Shown in pieces: positions 23,237 to 38,706 of a DNA stretch of 64,000 nt. The stretch is taken from the NCBI GenBank assembly GCA_002269645.1, contig NIVC01001912.1:62001-126000 (forward strand), written 5' to 3'. The notes below the pieces were generated by a model. That model worked only from the letters and a program-made list of their open reading frames with translations. It did not search any database and was not told the DNA's origin. Each line of letters starts with the position of its first letter. Within the stretch, counting starts at the first letter, position 1. The stretch is from Macrostomum lignano. Lineage: Eukaryota. Both the position numbers and the translations under genes were made by a program.

Positions 23237-23859
23237 TATTGTTTGTTTTTACGAAGTAGGTTAGAAAAGAATCTATGAATATTCTACAATTGCATGTTGT
23301 ATTTCAATCACTTTATTTTATAATTGAGAAGCTTTATCAGGCGTGGAATATCGGTTTTATCGGTGAGTCATGCACGAGAATGAATGTACAATCGTTGCCG
23401 GTTTGGGGTTTGAAAGAACCAGCCAAAGTTTGGGGTTTGCTTATCTATCCCTTTCTCTCCCTTTCCTCAACGCTCATTGGCTGGAAGCCTGTCAATACAT
23501 TGATTGCTAATGTACATTTGAATACATGCATGCGCGTCTCCCTTCCCAGAACCCCGATCCGAGCCCAATCGAAAGCCACTACTACAGATAGCCAACACTG
23601 TATTGATACAGAAATTGTTGATTAGTCAGGATATTTTTATTTAACAATAGAACTAAAAAGTGGGGAATCCCCTTGACAATTTTTTTCCGCGCCGGAACGC
23701 AGCAACACAGGCACACGAAACTCCAGAACACGGGCTAACTTTTTGTTGCGCACCTTCTTGAGTTAAGTGAGTAAGTCGCCTGCCCTCCAGTCTGTCGAGA
23801 TATTCGGAAATTCTGCCTGAAGGTCGGATTTTTCCCATAAGCGCCAGTGTATTCAGTAC

Positions 23860-24225
23860 ACCCCTGTGCGCCTATCAGCACTGCGCCTCAGTGCAGCCTG
23901 CCAAGTCTCCAAATTTGATCAGCACGTCGACCACATGTGTCTGCATCAGCTCTGACTTCGTTGGTCACTGACCTACACCCAGGCGGAGCTTCTGGACCTT
24001 CAACAGGTGGCACCAGGGGACTATGGACCAGGGGCAAATTTCTCCAGTTTCGCTGATCAAGCCTTGACAGTGGACAAACCTCAACTGTTGGACATCCTCA
24101 GCTAGTATCTCAAGCATTCCGTCATCACCCCGATGCCGTCAGTACCTTCAACATATAACCTGGACTGGACTAGACTAAACTAGACTAGACTAGACAACAC
24201 TAGCTAGACTAGACTAACAAACTAG
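23860..24225 (+). mobile_element. Possible degenerate non-LTR retrotransposon 3' fragment with (CTAGA)n tail
   Basis: Broken coding-like sequence (...HVDHMCLH...) followed by GGACTAGACTAAACTAGACTAGACTAGAC. No RT motif seen. Confidence 0.3.
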
Positions 24226-24554
24226 ACTCGCTTGACGTACAACATAGCATTGTACGTTATTCATGAGTAAACAGAGAATGAGCCGTTTTCTATGAAAACG
24301 AGAATATGGCGCTCTCATTTGGTGTATAATTATGATACCGTACGCACGTTCGTGCATAGGCACCTCATGCATCTTTACTGTACAACTATAGGGGCCAATT
24401 GTATTCGTTCAAGAAGAGATTTAATAACTCTACTCAAAAGGATCGTCTCTTAGTTCGGAGAAAAACCTGTTAGACAGTTGTACATTCGGTACAGCGAACA
24501 TTTTAAATCATTAACTATTCAGTCATTTTAAAGTCTAAATCGAAGTACTCAAAT

Positions 24555-27639
<3,085 letters not shown>

Positions 27640-29640
27640 TGGTGGCGTATATCGCACAATTTCTGTTTTGTTACGCTCGTAAAAGTTTACTTGACCATTG
27701 TGCTTTAATGGAAATTTTAACTTTGCCTCTTTACGCAGATGTATTTTTCTGCTTAACCGACTTTCGCGCTGGCTTTCGTCTAACATAACCAATCAGCTTA
27801 TACGAGCGTATGTCATTTTATTTAAATCAGACTTTTATTTACTCAACATGGTCAAGATGTTTCCAGTTATAATTAGCTAAGCCCTGACTAACACTGCCAT
27901 CTGAAAAGTAAATAGTGTTCCTAAGACTTTGCTAGCAGGTTAAAAGCTCGCGTAAAATAAATCAAGGCAATTAATGATGCTCTCTACCGATTTATGTAAT
28001 AAGTAAGTAACTTAAACAGGATTATTGAGTGAAAGACAGGCTAGAATGACGACACCATGCTGGGTTTTTTGACATACGAGTAAATTATGCTTGTTGTACG
28101 GATTGCCGTTAGTTTCCAGTTGAATTCGTTTTACTAATTATAACCTGCTTTTCAGTAGTTTAATAATGTGTAGTTTAACTATTTAACCCTCTCAGTTTAT
28201 TGAATCTATGATTTTTAATTCATTAACAATCTTTAACGCTCGTAACTAACGATTTTTTTCAATTCATATTCGAGAGTTTTGCCTGCTATGAAAAATTCCA
28301 TGAAATTTTTTTTTAATATTCTTATTTACCTCGTGTTTTTTTTCATTTTTTGCGAAAGACGGAAAAATAAAATTATGAGCTGAAGCTCATGACAATTCAT
28401 ACTATTGTGTGAAATGGAAACAGCTTCATGAGGGTCTGGTCTGCGTAATGGCTCGAAATTGTTTTTTATTTGCATATGATAAATGGCTGTCTGTCCAGAA
28501 GCTGGGGGCTTTGTCTACTCCTATCCCACGGTATTGCAAGAAGTTTTGAGAGGCTTTGAAGAAGGACCACTGCATGGTTGAAAGACGACCAAAAAACTTA
28601 AGATAAATATAGTTTGATTCGACGTCAGAGTGCGAACTTTCCTTTAAACTTAGCCTCCATTTGCACCGAGCCTAATTTTAAAATGTCACTTATACTCAAC
28701 CTGAACCCGAGCGGAGTTCTTCTCAACACAAGGAAATTTTAAAAAAGAAATGAGAAATCTTTCATAGACCGCGGAGACACTGGCAGTAATATGAACCGCG
28801 TCTTCAACTCATATTAAGACGAATCGAATCAATAATTTTGAGCACAATATATTCGAGTTGAATGCCAAAAGACTTTTCACTATAGTTTTAAGTCAACAAG
28901 TCAAAAATAAAAGTCAAAAATAAATTTTCAAGCGCTGTTATGTCTTATGATTGAATGTTTTTAAAAAATATTTTAAATATGGCATTTTCAAGTAATTTAA
29001 TTGTTCCTCGTAAGTTAGGTTGACTGTGCAGTGCATGTGTATCAAAGATGATAAAATAGATTCATAAAGTCAATGAATCGAGCTGATTTTTAGGTACAGG
29101 ACACTAGCAATCAGCATCCCCCGTTGGGGAGCTATAAATATGTTTCTGTTGGCATTTTTTTTATTATCAGTAATTATTGCTAGATTTGCACAAGTTAATA
29201 CTGACCTTGTTGTCTTCTTGTCTGCTAGGGTCCTCACCTCTCTATACCTCGAGTGTTCTCTGCATAGGCAGACGCATCGTTTTGTTGAGCATAGGACTGG
29301 AGAATGCTAGAAATGCTCAGTGGCAGTGCAACTTTAGCTACTTATTATCATTTGTGTACAGCGCTTGGCCCAGCCAAACTTAATCTGTTGCCTATTACCA
29401 GTAATAATGAAAGTACGTAGACAGACCGGTGCAGGAAGCGTCCGTTAAGTTAGAGATGCCTTGATGGTGTACAGTGCCAGACAAAAGAGAACTTCTGAAG
29501 AAGAAGAAGAATGCGTTTGTACCGACTACTTACTTGTAGAGATAGAGAGCACAGAGTGCAACCGAGCGAAGCAGTACTGCTCTTTACTCGTGTATATGCT
29601 CGTGTAGATTCGAAAAAGTTTTTATTGATTTTCGTTGGCC

Positions 29641-32600
29641 ATGGGTGCCGGACTTGCACGACTAGTAGCAAGCATACGCGTGCTGTTTCGGGACGATGGA
29701 AATGAAAATGCAGATGGAAATGTTGAGCGCGGGCCAGATCCCATTGAGCGTGTTCAACGGAGCGAGACGAAAACAACAACACAACAAAATACGCAGTTGG
29801 CGTCACAGGGTGCGTCTCAAGGCCAGGTTGTGAATGAACGCCACGCCACCCGCCGAATCCGGGGCGCCGGCGTCAGCCAGCAGGCAGTCGACGAAAACTC
29901 GACGAGAACACGCGAACGACGACAAAATAAACAGCAAGACCTGCAGAAGCAGCTGCAACTGAACGCATTCTTATCCCTAGGTAATGGAGGCAATCACCAG
30001 CAGGTAGGTCAGACGCAGCTACAAAACTCATCAGGTCGCAGTAGCCAAACGAGCGCTGCTTGTTGCAATTCAGACAGTAAAGCTACCTGTTCGATCATAT
30101 TTCGGCGTCATCTGATGAGAGTTCTAGAGATTCTATGGTGTGGAAAGCTCCGCTGCATCAATCAATATTCAAATTAAAATCCAATCTGCCACAAAAACTG
30201 CCACACAGACTAAACAATTCATCGAGGAAATTCGAACGAGCATGAGAAACCATTGCAGACTGTTTACGGTTTTCCTACACGACTCATGCCAGCTGGCTAC
30301 AAGGCTTTTTCGCAGCGGAAGGTGCAGTCAAATTAAGATTGATTGCGACGAAGAACTCATTAGAAATGTTTTCATTAGACTTGATCGAGACGTAGGAATT
30401 CGCTTCACGTGTTGGTTTCTGACTCTGTGCACGAAAAGTCTATTTAATATTGAAAGCGTCAATCCTCCGATGAGTCCGATGTCGCTATTCGATGCTGAGT
30501 ACAAAACGGTGTTTAGAAAAAAATTGTCTGAAAAGTGTCAATCCGATTTAGAAGCATCCGGGAAACCTGTTTGCATATTTTACAGCGATTCAGAAGCCTA
30601 TATTCAGAGTATTTCGAGAAATAATTCAACTGCGAGCCCAGCATGGCCTGGAATTTGTCTGTCACCTGTCCTGTGCCGCTGGCCCGCTGATGAAATAAGC
30701 GAGCTCGTCGATCGACCATTGCCGGAGCTCGTACTAACACTGGAGCAGGAGCAGAAAGCGGACAGAAAGCATGGCGGAATCGAAATTATGTTAATTCCTT
30801 GTGCTACATTTCTGGCGTTCCTCGACGAATTCAACGATGAGCAGTAAGCCAGCGTTTTCCGTATTGTTTAAAACATGCATGAAAATATCCATGAAAAATT
30901 ATTCTTTGTTCTGAGCTACATTTACAATTTGTTACGAAACTTCAGACCGGATGAGACCGTGGATTTTATGACCATGGTAAGTATAGTTGGCCTCCTGTCG
31001 ATTTTGGGTCTTATTCGTGCATGCCTCACACACATGCCACCCCTGTGCTTTGGGGATTGGCCTTCATGAGCAAGAATCGCATCAGCCCCAGGCAAATTTT
31101 TGTTCACGAAATCGAAACCAAGTACTCTTTCAATCAAGTTCGACCATGCATACACCACTGCTAGCTCCTAGTTTCAGAACAGTCTTATTACTCGTTTATG
31201 CACTTGGTCACGGGGTCTGTGCAATCTTAGTACATTTTTTCTACCGAATATTTTTATTTTTCTCATCATATAGCTACGATGGGCTGCTGCAAAAGTTTCC
31301 GGACTGTAGCTACTGTGAACGATAGGAATGTCCAAATGAGCTTAGCCGAAACTCCATGCACAGCTGCTCTGTCAAATGGTAAAACTGCAAAACGATTTGA
31401 TATGCTCAGCAAAAGCTGCAAAACTTATAACAGTTTTACGCAGGGGTTTTATAAAACGACTTAGAAGCAATCGCCATGGACAACTTGCTTGTTGAATATC
31501 ACAGGGAAAATGACGAGAATTCGAGCGAATTCAGTGCACTCGTAGGCAAGGCACAGACCAGCTTGCACTTTTAAGCTAGGCATTGGCGGGATCAAAGGAG
31601 AGCCAACGGCTCTTCATTCTGGCATGTCAACGGCAGGGAAAACGGCTAAAAGTGGGAGTGATAGCGGAGTTATCGTTTTTCAGTTTTACCATTTCCAGTG
31701 ACCTTGCAATATCCCTCGTACCACAGATTCCAAAAACACTTATTAGATGTACTCGTATCAACTCAATGTAAAAATGACATATGACGTAGATAGATAGTCA
31801 GTATCTAAATTTAGCGCATTAAATTTAGTTTAGAAGCTTTAGAAATCGGCAGCAATACAATTAAATAGGTGTTATCTGGGGGGTTGAAACTGCGTCAAAC
31901 TCGGGTGCATTCAGGTGCAGCCGAATCATGTGACAGTGGTGAAGAGCTAAAATAGTTACATAGTTAAGCGTCGCCTTTAAGAAAGCAAGCAGTGTCACCA
32001 ACAATATTTGCTACTGCCTACTCTCTAGCAATGAAACTCAGTAGCAACCAGCGTATATATTCAACAAGAAGCTGCTGGTCGACACAGTAAGGTCTGTGCT
32101 TCCGGTTCTAGGTTTGCCTGCAGGCTGTTTTGATGACGCTCTGTTGATGGTCAAAATGGTTCAGCCCACCCAGATGTAGCAATACCTACCAGGTCCAGTG
32201 GCTTTGTCCAATAAGGTCCTATGTAACTAAAAGGCTGCTGTTATTAAAAGAAATAGGCTTTAAAATACAGTATTTAACACTGCATTTCGCTCTGCAGGGT
32301 TAGGGTAAGGCGTATGGTTCAGCCATACGATACTTGGGGAACTGCTGAGTTGCCAAAAATAATGGGGGTCGCTGAGATGCCAAGGGTCAATTGGGAGTTG
32401 TTAGTAGGCCAAGCATCAAAGGAATAGTAAGCGTTGGGGTTAAGCCACAGCTTAAAGCAGGCTTTAATGCCAATTGGTTCAAAGGGGATGCTGATAACAT
32501 AGGCTAGACAGCTGGCTTTCAAGGCCGATGATTTATATTTTAAGCATCATTTTCCTTAATAAACTACCAATAGTGACCGTAATACAAGGTCAAAAGTTAA

Positions 32601-33897
32601 ATGTCTTGCCTACCCAACGGGGGGCGAAGATTGCTAGTCTACATACTAAGTTCATGTAAATTTGAAATACATTCATAGATAATTCAAACGCTATGCATTT
32701 CAGATGAACCGGCGCATAGGTGATGCAATTGTCGAATGGGCCTTCAGCAACATTAGCAGAGAAATTATCCGTCGGGACGATTTAACACCAGCTGAGCTTC
32801 ATAAGTTGAGAATGCGACTGGCACTTCTAGCCGTTTTGTGCTACAATTTTTGCGATACTGAAAATCCAACAGAATCAGCCGACTCGGGTGCATACTTTAG
32901 GAAACTGTTCGAGCTGCTAAATCGAATTTGTTGTCCAACGGAGCCTCTGAAGGTAAATTTAAACAGCGACATTCAACGCCCGAGAGTTCTGAGCTGGTCA
33001 GTTAGGGCAAACAAAAGATCGGCCGCAAGATCGGCCGCGAGAACGTCTTCTGGAAGCTACGTTTGGGAGCTAATTTTAGAGGGTACGGAAAACAAGATTC
33101 TGCTTCAATTCCCGGAAGATTATATTAAAAAAAGAGTTGTGATTGCCATACAATACTTGGCAATGTGCGACTGCTCGGGTTTATTCAAAAAGCTTGCGGA
33201 CAGATGGGATTACTTTGAGTATCCCTGTATCATCGAATTTATGAGGCTAAAAAAGAATGTAGGCGAAGAAGTGAAGCCGCCAACGCATTTTAGTGAATAT
33301 ATCTGCCTTATTAAGATGAGCTGCATGAACAGTAATTATGAATTCTATGAAGCATCTCGTGAGTCGATTGACTTCTCACTAGTTGGCCAAACCGAAAACA
33401 GGCAGGTGTCAGTGAAGTCCTATCACAACAGGGACGCCGATCTTCTGCGCATCTCCAGGATCGACGAAGCCCGTTGTAACCCAGAGAGACTGTACGAGAT
33501 GGCCAAGAAACATTTAGCAGAAGGAAATGGTCACATTTTGGCTGTGCTATACAACTGCGAAGGAGACTTCTGCCGGCAGTCAGACGGACAACTTTGGAAG
33601 AGAAGTGACTTAAAGTATCTGACTTGCGGCTGCAGAGAAGACAAGATGCGCTTTCTGATGAAATTGGAAGAAGAACTTGCTTTCGAATCATCCGAGGACT
33701 GTTTCATTCCTGGGCACATTTACTTTGATCTCCAATTTGGCATGTACAGCTTTCAGCAGCCTCAGGAACAGAGGACCGGTCGTTTCCATTTGCGTGAGCT
33801 GCTGGCGCAGTGCTTCAAAGACTTGGTGAATTTGAAACAACCCGATGGAACGAATGCAGAGACTGTTAGAAAAATCGATCTCAATCCAGCCAATTAA
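29641..33897 (+). CDS. Uncharacterised orphan protein; tentative 4-exon model, ~767 aa
   Basis: Exons 29641-30003, 30128-30843, 30946-30976, 32704-33897 have GT-AG sites in compatible phases; the 397-aa ORF begins exactly at a TTTCAG acceptor. No family recognised; extra exons in 31000-32700 are possible. Confidence 0.5.
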
Positions 33898-34047
33898 AAT
33901 CACTCAGCAAAACTGCATGAATTACTTCAAGTTAAACGGCAACCTACCTTACTCCGTAATTTCGAAGTATCCGTTGAATTACTAAGCCATCGTCCGGCTT
34001 TTTTATGACAAAGGCCCCTGAACTTTTTTGTTCTCCCTTTCAAGCAA

Positions 34048-34402
34048 GGTGGCCGTAGCCCAATGCTCTAGCGCGGCGCTCTGATGTGCCAGCGGCCCAG
34101 GCTCGATTCCAAGTGCAGTCACATTAATTTGGGGCTGAATTGGAATCTCGGCTTGGCTCTGCTCGTGCAATTAACGGCCTTGAGGGCCAACCCCCCAAGG
34201 CACAGTGAAGTGTACATGCATATCGATAAATAAAGTTAGGGCCGCTGTACTCTCCTGTGTGAGTGTGTGGCTGTGCGTATGACTGCGTACGTAACCGCGC
34301 TTGTGTGCCTGCTCAGGCGAGTCGGCGGAATGGGCAGCAATGCCTCTCGCCGGTTGTGTGACAATTTCGCTTAAAATGCGCCAGGGTGCACACATCCTAA
34401 TA
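34048..34402 (+). mobile_element. tRNA-derived SINE, copy 2
   Basis: GGTGGCCGTAGCCCAATG head; body near-identical to 15431-15794 through GCCAGGGTGCACAC. Confidence 0.75.
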
Positions 34403-35064
34403 ATTCTTTGGGTGCAGCCCTGCGTTTGCAGCTATTTGTTCTGGAATTCTTCTGTTTATACTTGTCATAAATCTTTGAGTCAGATGCAGTTGGTAGCTAC
34501 ACTATTAGCAACCACTTGCTAAGTTGAAAACTAGGCTGTGATTTTGTTACTTGCTTATTGTTGTTTTTTAGAACGTTTTTTTATCTATACCAGTCAAATA
34601 TTTTTCACTTCAGTCCTTAAATGAAGCCCTGCAGTTGGTCATCACTGTGTTGAAATTATTGACAACCGTTTATTCGTCTAATATTTGAACTGCACTGTAC
34701 GCGTGAAAATGTCTAGAGTTTGCCGAATATTCCATCATTTCTGTACTGTTTTACTTCTCAACTAAAGCATTAATAGGTTTAGTTATTTATCAATTAATTC
34801 ACTTGCTTTAACTTCGCAACAGATTTATCCAAAAGTTCATAATTAAATGCAAGCAAATATATACTTTCTATACTACTGCCGTAGCTTCTGTATTTAAAAT
34901 ATAATTTTGCCTCTTTCACTTATAAAATTGTTCTAATTTCTGGCTGGCCCAGATTCGTGCAGCAAGATTTTTTTCAACATTCAACCAGAAGCTCAAAAAT
35001 CGATTTTATATTTCGAGAGCTCTCATTTTTCATCCTTTACGCTCGTATCTTAAATTTACAGAGG

Positions 35065-35548
35065 GTAATCTCAAAGGCGATTTTTAAGGATAGAGCCGAT
35101 TTCAAAGGCGATTTTTAAGGATAGGGCCGATGTCAAAGGCGATTTTTAAGGATAGGGCCTATCTCAAAGGCGATTTTTAAGGATAGGGCCGATGTCAAAG
35201 GCGATTTTTAAGGATAGGGCCTATCTCAAAGGCGATTTTTAAGGATAGGGCCGATGTCAAAGGCGATTTTTAAGGATAGGGCCTATCTCAAAGGCGATTT
35301 TTAAGGATAGGGCCGATGTCAAAGGCGATTTTTAAGGATAGGGCCTATCTCAAAGGCGATTTTTAAGGATAGGGCCGATGTCAAAGGCGATTTTTAAGGA
35401 TAGGGCCTATCTCAAAGGCGATTTTTAAGGATAGGGCCGATGTCAAAGGCGATTTTTAAGGATAGGGCCGATGTCAAAGGTGATTTTTAAGGATAGGGCC
35501 GATGTCAAAGGCGATTTTTAAGGATAGGGCCGATGTCAAAGGCGATTT
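35065..35548. repeat. ~31-bp minisatellite (TCAAAGGCGATTTTTAAGGATAGGGCCGATG), ~15 copies
   Basis: Read directly; two alternating variants. Confidence 0.95.
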
Positions 35549-35929
35549 TGGGGAGGTTGATCTTGGATTTACTTTAAATAAAGGGACGTCTTGAACTTCA
35601 CCTAAGCCTTTAGTCAATACCCTAGAAATGTAATGACAAAATAAAAGCAGAGCTAGCGACAAGAAGATAACATTTTTCATTACTCAGCAATGCATGGCAT
35701 CAGAGTAGACTGTCAGCAACACAGGTGGGCAAAGCGAGCCAAATTCAAATTTATTTGTTTGTCTTCATAACAGTTGCGCAACTTTTCAAACCGATTAGAA
35801 TAAATCGGCAATAGTAATAAATACAGCTCAAGGTTCGAGTGCCAGGGCCTTCGCTAGTTCTGATTCTCAATGCGCCCGAATTGGGAAAAATCAGTCAAGG
35901 TAATTCAAACCCGGGATCAAGGTGGTTTA

Positions 35930-36095
35930 AGGCTTGGGTCAAAAAAGTCAAGTTTGAGTCAAAGAGGATTAAAGCTTAGTTCAATAGGGGGTTTAAGCTT
36001 GGGTCAAAAGGGGATTTCAGCTTGGGTCAAAAGGGGATTTCAGCTTGGGTAAAAAGGGGATTTCAGCTTGGGTGAAAGAGGAGTTTAAGCTTGAG
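35930..36095. repeat. ~22-bp repeat (GGGATTTCAGCTTGGGTCAAAA) 3' of RSL24D1
   Basis: Read directly. Confidence 0.8.
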
Positions 36096-36164
36096 CCAAA
36101 GAAGATAAGGACATGAGACAGCGCAGGGAGCAGGGAGGATCAGGGATCAACCTGGCCCAGTCAG

Positions 36165-36785
36165 TCAAGCGTCCTCAGTTTCCATCGCCTCGGCATCCAG
36201 CGTCAGAGCCGCGTTGGCCTTGGCCCGCAGTTTGGCTCGCTTGGCCCTGGCCTCGGCGGCAGCCTTGGCAGTTGCCCGCTTGTCCAGCCGTTGCTGTTTA
36301 GCCGCGGCGGCGGCGGCGTCGGCTCCGGCCACCAGCCGCTTGGTGTCGGGATCGTAGATCTTCCTGGTGGCGTGCGGAGCCTGGACAAGATGCAGCTCCT
36401 GCTCCACCGACCGCACGTCGGCCAGTCGGCGCATCTCGGTGCCCTTAGCCAGGCGCTTGAGAATATGAGACGCCTGTCGCTTCTGGCGCACTTGCACAAT
36501 TTTGCGCATCGCTTCGACTGTCTGGGTCAGCGCCTCGCGGTTGTACTTCGGCAGAGTTGATCGGCGAGCCTCAAATGTCAAGCTGAGATCCTGGCTGAGG
36601 TCTTTGTTCCTAGCCATTCTGTACGCTTTAGTCCAGCGAGTCTTCCTGGGATTGCGCTTCTTTTTAAACGCTTTGTGACATTTGGAGCGGCAGAAGCGGA
36701 ACTCGGTGGAGTCGTTGCGGACAAAACAGATGCCGTGGCCCGGGTAGATGTTGCTGGAGCAGAACCAGCACTTTTGCAGGCGCAT
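36165..36785 (-). CDS. RSL24D1: Ribosome biogenesis protein RLP24, intronless CDS, 206 aa
   Basis: MRLQKCWFCSSNIYPGHG..FVRND...FRFCRSKCHKAFKKKRNPRK.RWTKAYR. Confidence 0.95.
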   Translation of the reverse strand: MRLQKCWFCSSNIYPGHGICFVRNDSTEFRFCRSKCHKAFKKKRNPRKTRWTKAYRMARNKDLSQDLSLTFEARRSTLPKYNREALTQTVEAMRKIVQVRQKRQASHILKRLAKGTEMRRLADVRSVEQELHLVQAPHATRKIYDPDTKRLVAGADAAAAAAKQQRLDKRATAKAAAEARAKRAKLRAKANAALTLDAEAMETEDA

Positions 36786-36874
36786 TGCTAGCCGAGCTGT
36801 TGGAGATTAGGCTCTTGATTTATTGATTGCGGTCTGAACTGTTGCTATGTTTCTCAAATCTGCTCTGATTTCTG

Positions 36875-37385
36875 CATGGGTCAGTGGGATTAGAGTATGG
36901 GTCAATGGGATTCGAGCATGGGTCAAGAGGATTATCATGGGTCAATGGGATTTGAAGATGGGTCAAATGGATTCGAGCATGGGTCAAAGGGGATTCGAGT
37001 ATGGGTCAAGGAGGATTCGAGCATGGTTAAAGGGGGATTCGAGTATGGTTCATGGGGGATTCGAGTAAGGGTCAAGGGGGATTCGAGCATGGTTAAAGGG
37101 GGATTCGAGTATGGGTCAATGGGGATTCGAGCATGGTTCAAGGGGGATTTGAGTATGGGTCAATGAAATTTGAGCATGGATCAAGAGGATTATCATGGGT
37201 CAATGGGATTTGAGAATGGGTCAAAGGGGATTCGAGTATGGGTCAATGGGGATACGAGTATTGGTCAATGGGATTTGAGCATGGGTCAAAGGGGATTTGA
37301 GTAAGGCTCAAGGGGAATTGAGTATGGGTTAAGGGGGATTAGAGTATGGGTCAAGATGATTCTAGCGTTGGTCAAGAGGATTTCA
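36875..37385. repeat. ~21-22-bp degenerate minisatellite (ATGGGTCAAGGGGATTCGAGT) upstream of RSL24D1 ATG
   Basis: Read directly. Confidence 0.9.
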
Positions 37386-37845
37386 AGCTCAAGCTCAAGT
37401 AGTAGGTTTAAAATATTCAATCTGAAAGGTATATGTTCTTAAATTGTACACTTATGAGATCTACCAATACTATGCAATGCAGTAAATCTAGGCACTAGAA
37501 CAATCCCTACTGTTAAACTATAAAATGAAAAAAAAGTTAAAACGCGACACCATAGATAAGAGCCAGACCCAATAATAGAATTGATATAATTTTTGCAATC
37601 TAAATAACAATAACATTTGAAGGACAATAAAGTTAAAACACAAAGAACGCATGCAAGCCAAAACGATCCGACATTTTGATGCCGTGTCGTGCGGATAAAC
37701 AAAAAAAAGTAATTTTTTTCCTCACACTGAATGTAATTCTGCTATTAATTTATCAATAACAGTATCAACAGTAGTATATGCAATCTTTATTAAGCTACGG
37801 ATCACAGACCAACATTGCAATTCAAATCAGGAGGAAACACAATGG

Positions 37846-37901
37846 GTTGGGGCGGGCGGGCGCGCCAGCCACGTAACCATGGCGACGCAGTTAACGATTG
37901 G
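37846..37901 (-). promoter_or_regulatory. Candidate RSL24D1 promoter: GC box, X-box/YY1-like GTAACCATGGCGAC, CCAAT
   Basis: GGGGCGGGCGGG (about 37849-37860), GTAACCATGGCGAC (37873-37886) and ATTGG (37897-37901) cluster in an AT-rich background. Motif match only. Confidence 0.35.
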
Positions 37902-38384
37902 GAATAAATAAATAGATAAAATATATGTGGAATTTATTGCCAAATCATCGAGTTTTAAGAGTATTATTTGCCAATACAGTTCAATCAAAATGAGACAGAA
38001 TAACCAAATGTACACTAATAAATCTAACAACAGAGAGAGGTCGCAGGACTTGACAGCAAAGCAAGGTTGGCAATTTTTGGATAAAAATATATATTTTGTT
38101 AGACACCGATGATTGCGTCACTACTCGCTATTCGCTACTACCTAACTGAAGTAGTGCCTGCCTGACATTAATGTCTTGAGATAAGCACTAAAATTAGTGG
38201 CATTAATTATAAGGAAGACTCTGTTACACTACTAGAAATAGTAATGATGGCAAACACAGAATGTTACAGACGAGTATTGTTAACTACATATCGGTGTACT
38301 ATACCATAGAATGGCGAAAAACTGTAATTTATTAAAATGGAAGTATCTCGAAATTAGAATTGAAGTCTAATCATTTCTTGTAGG

Positions 38385-38565
38385 TCTAATCAAATCTACT
38401 AGATCTAATCTCATTCAGATCTAATCTTCTCTACTACATCTAATCTAATCTAGTAGATAAAATCTATTCTACTAGATGTAATCATATATAGATCCAGTCG
38501 TCTCCTTTACTAGATCTAATCATATCTAGCGAGTAAATCTAATCACATCTACACCGGATAGCAGA
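38385..38565. repeat. Degenerate TAGATCTAATCT repeats, RIC1 3' region
   Basis: Read directly. Confidence 0.7.
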
Positions 38566-38706
38566 TCCAGTTTGGTGAATTGATCTAATTTAGTAATTAA
38601 TAAATAAAAACCCAATCGCACGCACCAAACATGTACAGTGGATGAAAGCATTCAAATACAAGATACACGTACTGTACCAACATACAAATAAAACCAGATA
38701 TGATTT

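Noticed and set aside
30925-30965. Hammerhead-like CGAAAC / GGATGAG motifs
   Set aside because: The core is not CTGATGA, the stems do not form, and it overlaps a modelled exon. No convincing ribozyme was seen by eye elsewhere; an Infernal search would be decisive.
31274-31580. Coding-looking fragments (MGCCKSF..., EAIAMDNLLVEY...) as extra exons of the orphan
   Set aside because: I could not join them with compatible phases without stops; left unresolved.
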